64,000 bases of DNA from Candidatus Cloacimonadales bacterium (GTDB lineage Bacteria > Cloacimonadota > Cloacimonadia > Cloacimonadales > DAONDQ01): assembly GCA_963662275.1 (NCBI GenBank), contig OY759316.1, positions 384,001 to 448,000 of the forward strand, read 5' to 3'. The position numbers and the translations under genes were made by a program. Shown in pieces: positions 9,988 to 18,571 of the stretch. The first letter of the stretch is position 1; each line of letters opens with the position of its first letter. The notes beneath the pieces were generated by a model. The model saw only the letters and a list, made by a program, of their open reading frames with translations, ran no database searches and was not told where the DNA came from.

Positions 9988-10170
9988 TTAATACCATTTT
10001 GTTGTTTTGATTGATACGTCTGGTTTGGGTTTGATTTCTTTCTGAACATCCTGTTGCTGTTTAGGTTCATCCTTTGTGGCCGGCAGAGGATGTGGCTGTT
10101 CAGTATTTGCTTTATAGTTGATCTGGTTTGTTTGTTTATTATATATTTCTGCTCTTATGACTGGGTTCAT
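9988..10170 (-). CDS. Small hypothetical protein (60 aa) in the DUF2089-DUF4097 operon
   Basis: ATGA overlap with the upstream stop, AAGGA upstream; its stop abuts the RBS of the next gene. Confidence 0.6.
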   Translation of the reverse strand: MNPVIRAEIYNKQTNQINYKANTEQPHPLPATKDEPKQQQDVQKEIKPKPDVSIKTTKWY

Positions 10171-10541
10171 TCCTTATTCCTCCTGCTTTGCATTTCTTTG
10201 ATGACTTCTTCCACAGAAAGATTACCCCGATCAATTTCTTCCAACAAATCGAGATATTTATAGTTCTGTTTTTCCTGGGGAGCGATGATTTCAATGATGT
10301 CAGCCAAACGACTCTTCACAGTCGGATAAGAAATATTAAGACGTTTTTCCATTTCTTTAATATTTCCTTGACTAATTAAGAAGGTTTTGATAAATTCTAA
10401 TTGAATGTCACTCAAGCCGGCAAAAATATCAATGGCAAAGCGTCCGCGAATAGTTGTATGGCATTGAGTGCAAAGATACTCACGAATTTCGAGGTTTTGT
10501 GAACAGACGGGGCAGGAAATTAAGCTTGCTTTCTTCTTCAT
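10167..10541 (-). CDS. DUF2089 family protein (zinc ribbon + HTH)
   Basis: CPVC..C..C.T.I.G.F; GNIKEMEK.LNISYPTVKSRL; AGGAGG 8 nt upstream of ATG 10541. Confidence 0.9.
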   Translation of the reverse strand: MKKKASLISCPVCSQNLEIREYLCTQCHTTIRGRFAIDIFAGLSDIQLEFIKTFLISQGNIKEMEKRLNISYPTVKSRLADIIEIIAPQEKQNYKYLDLLEEIDRGNLSVEEVIKEMQSRRNKE

Positions 10542-10562
10542 TTTCAATTCCTCCTAGTGGGA

Positions 10563-10640
10563 CTTAACATAATCAAGGTTCACATTAATAATGTTAATGT
10601 GAATGTCAAGATAATTAATAAGATTATTGAATATGTTAAG
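10563..10640. promoter_or_regulatory. Nested inverted repeats (putative operator) at the promoter of the DUF2089 operon
   Basis: TTCACATTAA-N5-TTAATGTGAA (10579-10603), outer CTTAACATAATCAA / TTGAATATGTTAAG (10563-10576 / 10627-10640), minus-strand TTGACA at 10604-10609. Confidence 0.6.
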
Positions 10641-11025
10641 ATAAGTGCTGATAAAATCTGACAAAAAAGACCCTGGTGTTACCTCTGAACATCTTGAAAT
10701 ACAATTGAAGTGCTGACTATCATTTTTCTACCCATGCTCTATCCATACGCTACCAGTTGGACGAAAGTGAGATTTACATGAAAATTGAATTTGATTTGAG
10801 AGGAATAGGGATTTCTGTTTCCGGGTGAAACATATATCTCAGTATTCTTCTGAGTTGAATTGTTCCTGCATTCTTTGATGACCTAACTGAAAAAATGTCT
10901 CTAGCTACTGACAATGAAAATATCGATTTTGAAGTCCAAATTTCCATTTATCTGGGTATTTATATAAGATGCGAAGGAAATTAGAACTCCAAACTCTTGG
11001 CTTTCATATAAAACCCATTTGACAA

Positions 11026-11054
11026 GTAGAGACGCGCAATTTGCACGTCTCTAC
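11026..11054. repeat. GTAG-type REP-like palindrome, possibly also a terminator
   Basis: GTAGAGACGCGCAATTTGCACGTCTCTAC, 10 bp beyond the acyl-CoA dehydrogenase stop. Confidence 0.7.
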
Positions 11055-11064
11055 ATCTATTAAA

Positions 11065-12210
11065 TTAGAATTCCTTCAAAAGGTTTGCAGCTACAATACT
11101 ACGTTGAATCTGGTTGGTTCCTTCATAGATTTGCAGTATCTTGGCATCACGCATCATCTTCTCGACAGGATATTCCTTCATATAGCCATAACCACCGAGT
11201 ATTTGCACAGCATCAGTTGTGACACGCATGGCAACATCAGAAGCGAAATACTTACACATCGCAGATTCCTTGGAGTAGTTCTTTGCTCCTCCATCAATCA
11301 TACGGGCAGTTTGCATTACTAAGGCACGTGCAGCTTCTATATCTGTCGCCATATCTGCTAACATGAATTGCACTGCCTGGAAGGAGGAAATTGGTTTGCC
11401 GAACTGCTGACGTTCCTTGGAATATTTGGCAGCACATTCAAATGCACCACGTGCTACTCCAACTGCCTGTGCTCCTACCATAGGACGTGATTTATCGAAT
11501 ACTTTCATGGCAAGGATGAAGCCCATACCTTCTTTCATGAGGATATTTTCTGCAGGAATGCGACAATTGTCGAAAATCAATTCACGTGTTGCATTGGCGC
11601 GAATTCCCATTTTGTTTTCTTTTTTTCCAAAAGAGAAACCGGGAGTCCCTTTTTCCACGATGAAACAGGAAGCGCCACGGGCACCACGAGTCTTATCTGT
11701 CATAGCAAAGATTGTATATATTTCAGCTTCTCCACCGTTGGATATCCACTGCTTTGTTCCATTCAACACATAAAAATCACCGTCACGGGTTGCAGTTGTT
11801 TCAATAGCCCCGGCATCTGAACCGGCATTGGCTTCAGTTAGACCGAAGGCAGCCAACTTTGAACCGGAAGCAATTTGAGGTAAATACTTCTGTTTCTGTT
11901 CTTCAGTTCCACCCAATATAATAGGATACATACCCAGACCGGTTACACCAAAGGCAAGTGAAATACCCATATCAACACGGCATAATTCTTCTGTGACAAT
12001 TGCCAGATCCATCACTTTACCACTGATTCCGCCGTATTCTTCAGGTACAAGCACAGCAAACAGATCGGATTGAGCCATGATTTTGACAATATCCCAAGGG
12101 AAAATGGCTTCTTCATCATATTTTTCGGTAAGTGGTCTGATCTTTTCTTCTGCTATACGTCGGGCAATTTCTTTCATCTCTAATTGGTCTTCGGTTAAAA
12201 AATACTCCAT
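11065..12210 (-). CDS. Acyl-CoA dehydrogenase (butyryl-CoA dehydrogenase-like)
   Basis: FGLTEANAGSD, LNGTKQWISNG, KMGIRA, RQQFGKPI, GGYGY, RDAKILQIYEGTNQIQR; GGAGG before ATG 12210. Confidence 0.95.
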   Translation of the reverse strand: MEYFLTEDQLEMKEIARRIAEEKIRPLTEKYDEEAIFPWDIVKIMAQSDLFAVLVPEEYGGISGKVMDLAIVTEELCRVDMGISLAFGVTGLGMYPIILGGTEEQKQKYLPQIASGSKLAAFGLTEANAGSDAGAIETTATRDGDFYVLNGTKQWISNGGEAEIYTIFAMTDKTRGARGASCFIVEKGTPGFSFGKKENKMGIRANATRELIFDNCRIPAENILMKEGMGFILAMKVFDKSRPMVGAQAVGVARGAFECAAKYSKERQQFGKPISSFQAVQFMLADMATDIEAARALVMQTARMIDGGAKNYSKESAMCKYFASDVAMRVTTDAVQILGGYGYMKEYPVEKMMRDAKILQIYEGTNQIQRSIVAANLLKEF

Positions 12211-12503
12211 ATTATCCTCCAAACTGAATTTGCTTCACAATCCAGTGTACATCAGTATTAAGCAATGATGGTTTACATTTTGGATAAAGGAGGGAATGTC
12301 AAGGGGATTCTATTCCCAGGGGATCCTTCAATTATAATGTTTGAGGTTTTCTTATCTTCATATCTTTGATCCAAAAGCTTTAACTGTTAGGGAAAAAAGA
12401 GATAAAAATAAGATGAAAGCGATTTTTACTTCATGTTTCCCCTTCTCCCCTTCCGTCCTTTTGCCTCACTGGCACCTGACACCTGAGACCTGTAACCTTC
12501 TAC

Positions 12504-13721
12504 TTAATCATTATACAAAGCTGAGATTCTTTGAATTCTATCGATATTATCGGTAAAGATTTCGATTAATTCCGGGTCAAAAGCAGAACCGGAACATCTT
12601 TCCAATTCATCCATCACCTGTGCCTGATCCCAAGCTTCCTTATAAACGCGGGGACGGGAAAGTGCATCATAAACATCTGCAATTTTGACTATGCGTCCCC
12701 ATATGGAAATCTCTTCACCTTTGAGTCCAGTACCCATTTTGTGGTTTGTATGTGAATCAAGGTCTTTCTCTAAACTGTAATGTCCCGGGTAACCGGTTCC
12801 ATCCCAGCTTTCGTGGTGTCTTAACGCTATTTCAGCCGCCATGATTTCCAATTCGGAGGAGCTTTCCTTAAATAACTGAAATCCCAGGAGAGCATGCTGC
12901 TTGATGATATCGTATTCTTCAGGAGTCAATTTCCCCGGTTTTTTAAGAATATGATCCGGAACTGCAACTTTTCCAACATCATGCAGCATAGATGCAACAC
13001 GTAACATATCTTTCCGGATATCGATTTCAGATTCCGGGATTTTATTTTTACGTGCCCATACTTCATATAATTCAGCAGAATAAGCGCCAACTCTATTCAC
13101 GTGAGGACCGGTTTCCAGCGGGTCACGTAATTCAGCCATACTAATCATTCTCAATATAATTGTTCGAGTTAGTTCTGCTTTTTCTAGAGCAACTGCAGCG
13201 TTGTTTGCTAAATGTTCAAAGAAGGGTATCTCTTTATTTTTAAAAGGAACGACATTACCATCCTTGTCCTTGGCATTGATTAGTTGCAGGACACCAACAA
13301 TACGACTCGTTCCTGTTTTCAAAGGGATACTCAACATGGATTTCGTTTTATAACCAGCCATTACATCCACAATTTTACCAAATTGATATGAGGATTTTGG
13401 TGATATTTTATAAACATCAGGAATATTGAGGATTTCACCTGTTTCTGCAACGTAACCGGAGATTTTTAAGCGATCTATAGGAAATGACATTGTTGAGTAG
13501 ATGAGCTTTTGTCCATCGGGTAACTTACTTTGTTTAGTATCATTCTGTGAATATCGGAGATGAAGCATACCTTTCTGGCATTTATAGATTGTACCTGCGT
13601 CAGCAGATGCAAAACGTCTCGCTTCTGTTAATATCCTTTCAAGTAGGAAGTCTTCGTCGGTTACTTCTGTCATTAATTTACCTAAGCGAATGATTTCTTC
13701 TAACTTATCTCTCGTGTTCAT
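12504..13721 (-). CDS. GAF + HD-GYP cyclic-dinucleotide phosphodiesterase
   Basis: GAF motifs (ISGYVAETGEILNIPDVY..D..GYKTKSML..GVLQLIN); HDVGK, HHESWDGTGYP, DVYDAL..R.YK. Confidence 0.92.
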   Translation of the reverse strand: MNTRDKLEEIIRLGKLMTEVTDEDFLLERILTEARRFASADAGTIYKCQKGMLHLRYSQNDTKQSKLPDGQKLIYSTMSFPIDRLKISGYVAETGEILNIPDVYKISPKSSYQFGKIVDVMAGYKTKSMLSIPLKTGTSRIVGVLQLINAKDKDGNVVPFKNKEIPFFEHLANNAAVALEKAELTRTIILRMISMAELRDPLETGPHVNRVGAYSAELYEVWARKNKIPESEIDIRKDMLRVASMLHDVGKVAVPDHILKKPGKLTPEEYDIIKQHALLGFQLFKESSSELEIMAAEIALRHHESWDGTGYPGHYSLEKDLDSHTNHKMGTGLKGEEISIWGRIVKIADVYDALSRPRVYKEAWDQAQVMDELERCSGSAFDPELIEIFTDNIDRIQRISALYND

Positions 13722-13733
13722 ATACTGCACCAC

Positions 13734-14864
13734 CTATTTAGTATTCATTGTAGGAATAGCGAAATTTTCATTTTTCTTATGTGTATTTTTCCAAATATCT
13801 ACTTTTTGTTTTTGTTCAGTGATTTGTTCTGGTGTTAGAGTTTTTTCCAAATCGTCTGCCATTGGAACGTATTGCTTCATGTCTTCGAAGGAACTATAAT
13901 TTGCTGCTAATGTCATCCAGTAATAGGCATCAGGAATACTTTTTACCAAGCCATTACCCTGGGAAGCTAGAACTGCCAGGCTATAGAAAGCACGAACATT
14001 ATTTTGTTCAGATGCTTTCTTTAACCATGTCACTGCTTCAGTGAAGTTCTGTTCCACTCCTGAACCTTGTCCATAAAGAATACCCAAGGCACTTTCACTA
14101 TCAGCATTTCCCTGCTCTGCTGACTTGCGATACCATAGGGCTGCCTCCGCATAATCAACATCGACCCCGGCACCTTGCGCATAGTAATTACCGACGATTG
14201 ATTGCGCTATCGCACTACCTTTATCGGCTGCTATTTTAAATTGGTTTAAAGCTAATGAATAATCTTGTTTGACTCCCCTGCCTTCCTGGTAAAGAACACC
14301 GAGTTGTATGATCGCTTCTATTTGTCCTTGCTCAGCAGCTTTACTGTACCAGGTGACAGCTATGGCTTCGTCTTTTTCTACTCCCTGCCCTTTTTCATAA
14401 CAGTAACCCAAGTTATATTTTGCTAAGGAATTTTCCATATTTGCACTTTTACGAAAGAGTTTTACGGCTTTTTCAGGATCCTTTGTTACACCTAGACCAT
14501 TCAAATAACAAACTCCCAGCAATCCAGATGCTTCAGGTATATTATTATCAGATGATTTTGTCAGCCATTCTGTTGCCGTTGTGTAATCCTGTGCAATACC
14601 TTCGCCAACGTAATACATGTAACCCAAATTATATTGGGCAGAAGGATGGTTCTTCTTTGCAGCTTCTATAAACCAGTAATATGCTTCCTTCATATTTTTA
14701 ATTGCTCCAAGTGATCCTTCAGCATATCGGGTTCCTAAAACATATGCTGCTTCAGCAGAACCGTTTTCAGCAGAATTCCGAAGATCATCAATACTGTCTA
14801 TTGCAGATATTTGAGTGATAAAGCTGATAATAACAATATAAAATATGATGGCAATGAGTTTCAT
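13734..14864 (-). CDS. Secreted SEL1-like repeat protein
   Basis: Signal peptide followed by about 8 AQYNLG.MY..G.G..QD...A..W..KAA.QG repeats. Confidence 0.92.
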   Translation of the reverse strand: MKLIAIIFYIVIISFITQISAIDSIDDLRNSAENGSAEAAYVLGTRYAEGSLGAIKNMKEAYYWFIEAAKKNHPSAQYNLGYMYYVGEGIAQDYTTATEWLTKSSDNNIPEASGLLGVCYLNGLGVTKDPEKAVKLFRKSANMENSLAKYNLGYCYEKGQGVEKDEAIAVTWYSKAAEQGQIEAIIQLGVLYQEGRGVKQDYSLALNQFKIAADKGSAIAQSIVGNYYAQGAGVDVDYAEAALWYRKSAEQGNADSESALGILYGQGSGVEQNFTEAVTWLKKASEQNNVRAFYSLAVLASQGNGLVKSIPDAYYWMTLAANYSSFEDMKQYVPMADDLEKTLTPEQITEQKQKVDIWKNTHKKNENFAIPTMNTK

Positions 14865-14887
14865 TAATACTCCTTATAATGACGTTA

Positions 14888-14916
14888 ATAATAGGAATGG
14901 GTAATCTTAATGTCAA
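14888..14916 (-). promoter_or_regulatory. Sigma70-type promoter of the SEL1/HD-GYP pair
   Basis: Minus strand TTGACA-N17-TATTAT. Confidence 0.7.
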
Positions 14917-15225
14917 ATGTTTTTATAATATAGCCTGAAATAGTCCAGTTTTAAAAGAAGTGATTGTATCATGTTATATCTTGAAGAATGTTACTTTAGG
15001 AATTCTCTTCCAGAGGTATTGGGTTCCAAACCCAACAAAAAAAATTGAGAATTACAAAATAATCGGTTTTTGTGGGAAACGTCCGGATAGTATATGCAGA
15101 AGGGAACAGCGTATAGCGTACAGCGAACAGGGCGGAAAGGGAGCGGAAGGAAAATTCGGAGAGGAAGAGGAAGGAATTCACAGAAAATAGCGTGAGAAAT
15201 CTCTTAGGATGTGGGGGATTTGTGA

Positions 15226-15310
15226 GCGGATCCTGAGGGAATCCTGAGGGAGTCCTGAGAGAAGTGCGAAGTTCGAACTTCGAAGTGCGAAGTACAGAGA
15301 AGAGAAGGGG
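15226..15310 (+). repeat. 3x 11-mer tandem repeat followed by 5x GAAGTNC heptamer and a purine tract
   Basis: GCGGATCCTGA GGGAATCCTGA GGGAGTCCTGA (15226-15258); GAAGTGC GAAGTTC GAACTTC GAAGTGC GAAGTAC (15261-15295). Confidence 0.8.
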
Positions 15311-15523
15311 GAATTTAAGATTAATCTCTTTTCACTTTCGATTAGACTATAAAAAAGCCATTTGAAAAGAGATAGCTGTTTGAAAACAGCGTTCCATGAT
15401 TTTATAAAAACTCTTGACATAATAATGATTCAATTTCAACATTTAATAAAATAATAATAAATATCCATATTCAGAATCTTCCTTTTCTAGTATTAAAAAA
15501 TTCATAGTTAGAGAGTAGGCAAA

Positions 15524-17320
15524 ATGAATAATGAAATAACTCAGAATCAATTAAGCAGCGAAGAAATTCGAAATTCCCTGGAAAATATGGAGATCGAAAA
15601 AGCAAAGCTCGAATCAGCGTTGGTACCATTGTTAATCATGCTAACGGACTTGAAGAATTCCACAGTGTATTTTGATCGATTAGGAGATATTGCAGCAAAA
15701 TCTGTTATTTTTGCGCATAACCAGTTACTATTTCCTATTATTGAACAACATCACGGCATTATCGTAAAGACTACCGGAGATGGTATATTAGCATCCTTCG
15801 AAAGTGCTGCAGACGGTGTTGCTGCAAGTATTCAAATGCAGAAAGCTCTCAAAGAATTCAACAAGAGAAGAGAACCGGAATCAATCATGGAAATCAGGAT
15901 AGGTTTACATTATGGTAGGACTTTGGTTTTTGAGAAGGATGTTTTTGGAGATTCCATTAATACTGCTGCCCGTATTGAAGCCTTGGCAGACAGTGGACAG
16001 ATATTTCTTTCTAAAGCAGTTGTGGATGCAGCGCAATTAACTGAAGAATCGCTTTGTTTCATTGGGCATGTCTTACTGAAAGGCAAGCTTGTACCTGTGA
16101 GGATCTACGGATTAGTATGGGAAACAATGAATCCTGACCTTCTTTCAAGCTATGAAGAAAAGAAACGTACATTTGAGAAATTAAAATATGATAAGAACCA
16201 GCCTCAGATTAAAATAGAAGGTAATATTGCTTTGAAGGAAGATGAAACAGTACACATAGAATCTAAAAATAACCCATTCCTATATCGTTCTGCAATAACA
16301 CAACCTGCCTATTTCTATGGTAGGGATACTTTAATTCATAAAATATTCTCACGCCTGACCGCTCAACGTCCACAGTCGATATCGCTATACGGTGAAAGAA
16401 GAATTGGCAAATCCTCGCTTCTCTGGCAGATACAAAGCTTGAAATTACGTAAGCAATTTGTCCCTGACATTGAGAAGTATATCTTCATCTACATGGACAT
16501 CCAGTCCATGCGTTCAGCGACTATTGAGCACTTTATAGAGCATTTATTTAATGCAGTAAAAGACTCTTTCAGGGGTCAAATTCAATTTGAATTGCCCTGT
16601 GATTATCATGGTTTTACCTCTTTAGTAAGCGAATTGACAAAGGCAGATATCAAGATTATCGTTTTGTTTGATGAGTTCGACCTGATTACCCTCAATCATA
16701 ACTTCACAGAAGAATTCTATTCCTGGCTGCGTTCGATTGCCAGTCAATATCCGGTCGCATTCGTCACATCATCCTTTTCTCAATTACAGAATTTATGCGC
16801 TACCAAGAAAATATCAGATTCCCCTTTCTTCAATATCTTTACAGCTTTCCAAGTGAGTCCATTTACCCGGTTGGAAGCGGAAACTATGATCAAAGGCTTG
16901 CTGGAAATATCTCAAAGCGGTTATGATTTTTCTTCCTGGTATGATGAAATATGCAGACAGGCAGGATTACTGCCGTTCTTTATCCAGATATACTGTGCTA
17001 ATTTGTACGATTTATTTCCATCAAATCCAACTCTATCCGATGTAGCAGAAGCCTATTTTGAAGAAGCCAGGGAACACTTTGATCATATTATCCGTAATCT
17101 GACGAAAGAAGAAGCACAATGCATTGATTGCTTAATTTCAGGTAAGAAAATCGGGAAGAACCTGGTTCCTTCCTATCAGAATCTGTTGCGTAAGGGCTAT
17201 CTAATCGAAACTGAAGGTAAAGTAACCTCTTTTTCGAATCGGTTTGCCACCTATTTCACACAGCAAGCCACGAAGAATTCGAACCAGTCCATTTGGAGAC
17301 GTTTATGGAACAAATCCTGA
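15524..17320 (+). CDS. Class III adenylate cyclase fused to a STAND-like P-loop ATPase and winged helix
   Basis: Cyclase motifs LTDLKNST, KTTGDG, RIGLHYG, DVFGDSINTAARIE, LKGK. ATPase motifs NPF..FYGR, GERRIGKSS, VLFDEFD, AGLLPFFIQ, LLRKGYL. Confidence 0.9.
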   Translation: MNNEITQNQLSSEEIRNSLENMEIEKAKLESALVPLLIMLTDLKNSTVYFDRLGDIAAKSVIFAHNQLLFPIIEQHHGIIVKTTGDGILASFESAADGVAASIQMQKALKEFNKRREPESIMEIRIGLHYGRTLVFEKDVFGDSINTAARIEALADSGQIFLSKAVVDAAQLTEESLCFIGHVLLKGKLVPVRIYGLVWETMNPDLLSSYEEKKRTFEKLKYDKNQPQIKIEGNIALKEDETVHIESKNNPFLYRSAITQPAYFYGRDTLIHKIFSRLTAQRPQSISLYGERRIGKSSLLWQIQSLKLRKQFVPDIEKYIFIYMDIQSMRSATIEHFIEHLFNAVKDSFRGQIQFELPCDYHGFTSLVSELTKADIKIIVLFDEFDLITLNHNFTEEFYSWLRSIASQYPVAFVTSSFSQLQNLCATKKISDSPFFNIFTAFQVSPFTRLEAETMIKGLLEISQSGYDFSSWYDEICRQAGLLPFFIQIYCANLYDLFPSNPTLSDVAEAYFEEAREHFDHIIRNLTKEEAQCIDCLISGKKIGKNLVPSYQNLLRKGYLIETEGKVTSFSNRFATYFTQQATKNSNQSIWRRLWNKS

Positions 17321-18279
17321 TTGATCGCCCACAATACACATCGCGCATATATTCACGGTTATTTGCTTCACGCCCCCAATCCATATCGATTATTGGTGAT
17401 TGGCAATTGGGTAAGTCATCTATATTGCAGCTTTTATCTGATGAAAGCTCATGCAATCAATACCAGTTTAATCATATGAATCCCATCTTTATCCTCTTTG
17501 ATTTAAAAGAATCAAAAGCAGATTGGCAGACATTCCTTTCATCCATATATGCCAAGTTAGCTCAATATTCAAATACGAAGCAGGATGTTACTCAAGTAGA
17601 TTCAGATATCTACCAGGCTTTACAAAAATTAGTGGTAGAATTACAGGAAAAGTATGCAATCTGCCTGTTGATCGATAATTTTGAATTACTGACCCAGAAT
17701 CCTGAAACACCCTTAGAATTCTTTTCCTATCTGCGATCCCTGGCAAATACCTACCGGCTTGCCTACATTACAACATCCAGAGCCTCACTGCAATCGCTAT
17801 GCGTAAGTTCAGATATCTGTGAATCGCCATTTTTTAACATCTTCACAAATCTGGAATTAAAGAATTTATCGGTGGACGAAGGAAAAACACTGTTAAATGC
17901 ATACAATATTACGGATAAAACGGAACTTGCCTTTGAAATAACCGGTGGGCATACTGGTCTATTCATGAAATGGATATTGTGGTTTGTTCATAACCAGGAT
18001 GTAGGGCATGATCAAATACAATCACAATTCTTTGACTCGGTTGAGTGGTATTGCCAGGAATGGTTTGCTCAATTCAGTCCTGATTACCAGGAAGTATTAA
18101 CGAAACTCGCCAAGCAGGAGAAAATCCCCTCTGATAAGCAGTATCTGATGGAATCACTGAAACGTAAAGGCTATCTTACTATTGCGAATACTATTTCTGC
18201 AAGGGCATTTTATAATTATCTGTTGCAGCAGGAATCAAAGCCTAAAGCTGGATTGTTCGCCAGGCTGTTTAAAAAGTAG
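17305..18279 (+). CDS. Stand-alone STAND-like ATPase, paralogous to the ATPase of the upstream gene, with degenerate motifs
   Basis: SRPQSISIIGDWQLGKSS, LLIDNFE, SPFFNIFT shared with the upstream gene, LKRKGYL; ATG 17305 after GGAG, overlapping the upstream stop. Confidence 0.85.
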   Translation: MEQILIDRPQYTSRIYSRLFASRPQSISIIGDWQLGKSSILQLLSDESSCNQYQFNHMNPIFILFDLKESKADWQTFLSSIYAKLAQYSNTKQDVTQVDSDIYQALQKLVVELQEKYAICLLIDNFELLTQNPETPLEFFSYLRSLANTYRLAYITTSRASLQSLCVSSDICESPFFNIFTNLELKNLSVDEGKTLLNAYNITDKTELAFEITGGHTGLFMKWILWFVHNQDVGHDQIQSQFFDSVEWYCQEWFAQFSPDYQEVLTKLAKQEKIPSDKQYLMESLKRKGYLTIANTISARAFYNYLLQQESKPKAGLFARLFKK

Positions 18280-18318
18280 GTATAAGAATTTAAGATTTAA
18301 GATGTAAGATTGGCAGAG

Positions 18319-18541
18319 CAGTCCGGTACGGACGATAGATAATAACGCTCGGATTTCAATCCGGCGAGAGATGACTCAAAGTGACAACCAGTCCGGTACG
18401 GACGATAGATAATAACGCTCGGATTTCAATCCGGCGAGAGATGACACGGAGATCATCTGTCGTCCCGATGGGACTTAGACCTTCTTCTTATATCCTGCAC
18501 CGGATTGAAATCCGGTGTTAATATGTTTCTTCCCTACGGGA
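18319..18541. repeat. Composite REP-like element: two 57-bp direct repeats plus degenerate inverted copies
   Basis: Identical CAGTCCGGTACGGACG...GGATTTCAATCCGGCGAGAGATGAC at 18319-18375 and 18389-18445; inverted copies at about 18455-18475 and 18497-18541. Confidence 0.85.
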
Positions 18542-18571
18542 ATACGAAACTACGAAATCTCAGGAGAGTGT

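Noticed and set aside
10640..11020. Possible pseudogene in the 380-bp spacer
   Set aside because: Only short frames with no motif I can recognise.
14960..15420. Short ORFs in the divergent promoter region
   Set aside because: Composed of low-complexity and tandem repeats, with no convincing RBS or protein-like composition.
15524..16130. Cyclase as a Pycsar/CBASS enzyme
   Set aside because: It has adenine-specifying Lys/Asp residues of ordinary class III adenylate cyclases, and there is no adjacent cNMP-binding TIR/TM effector or CD-NTase.
18319..18445. Two identical 57-bp direct repeats as a mini-CRISPR
   Set aside because: Only two copies, a 13-bp spacer, inverted copies follow, and no cas genes; fits a REP-like composite.
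18515..18571. N-terminal extension of the 1491-aa ORF (similar extensions at 58791-58859, 33822-33857, 9978-10070)
   Set aside because: The extensions run through REP DNA or a neighbouring gene; downstream ATGs have clear RBSs, and the paralogue starts at MSYNQ.
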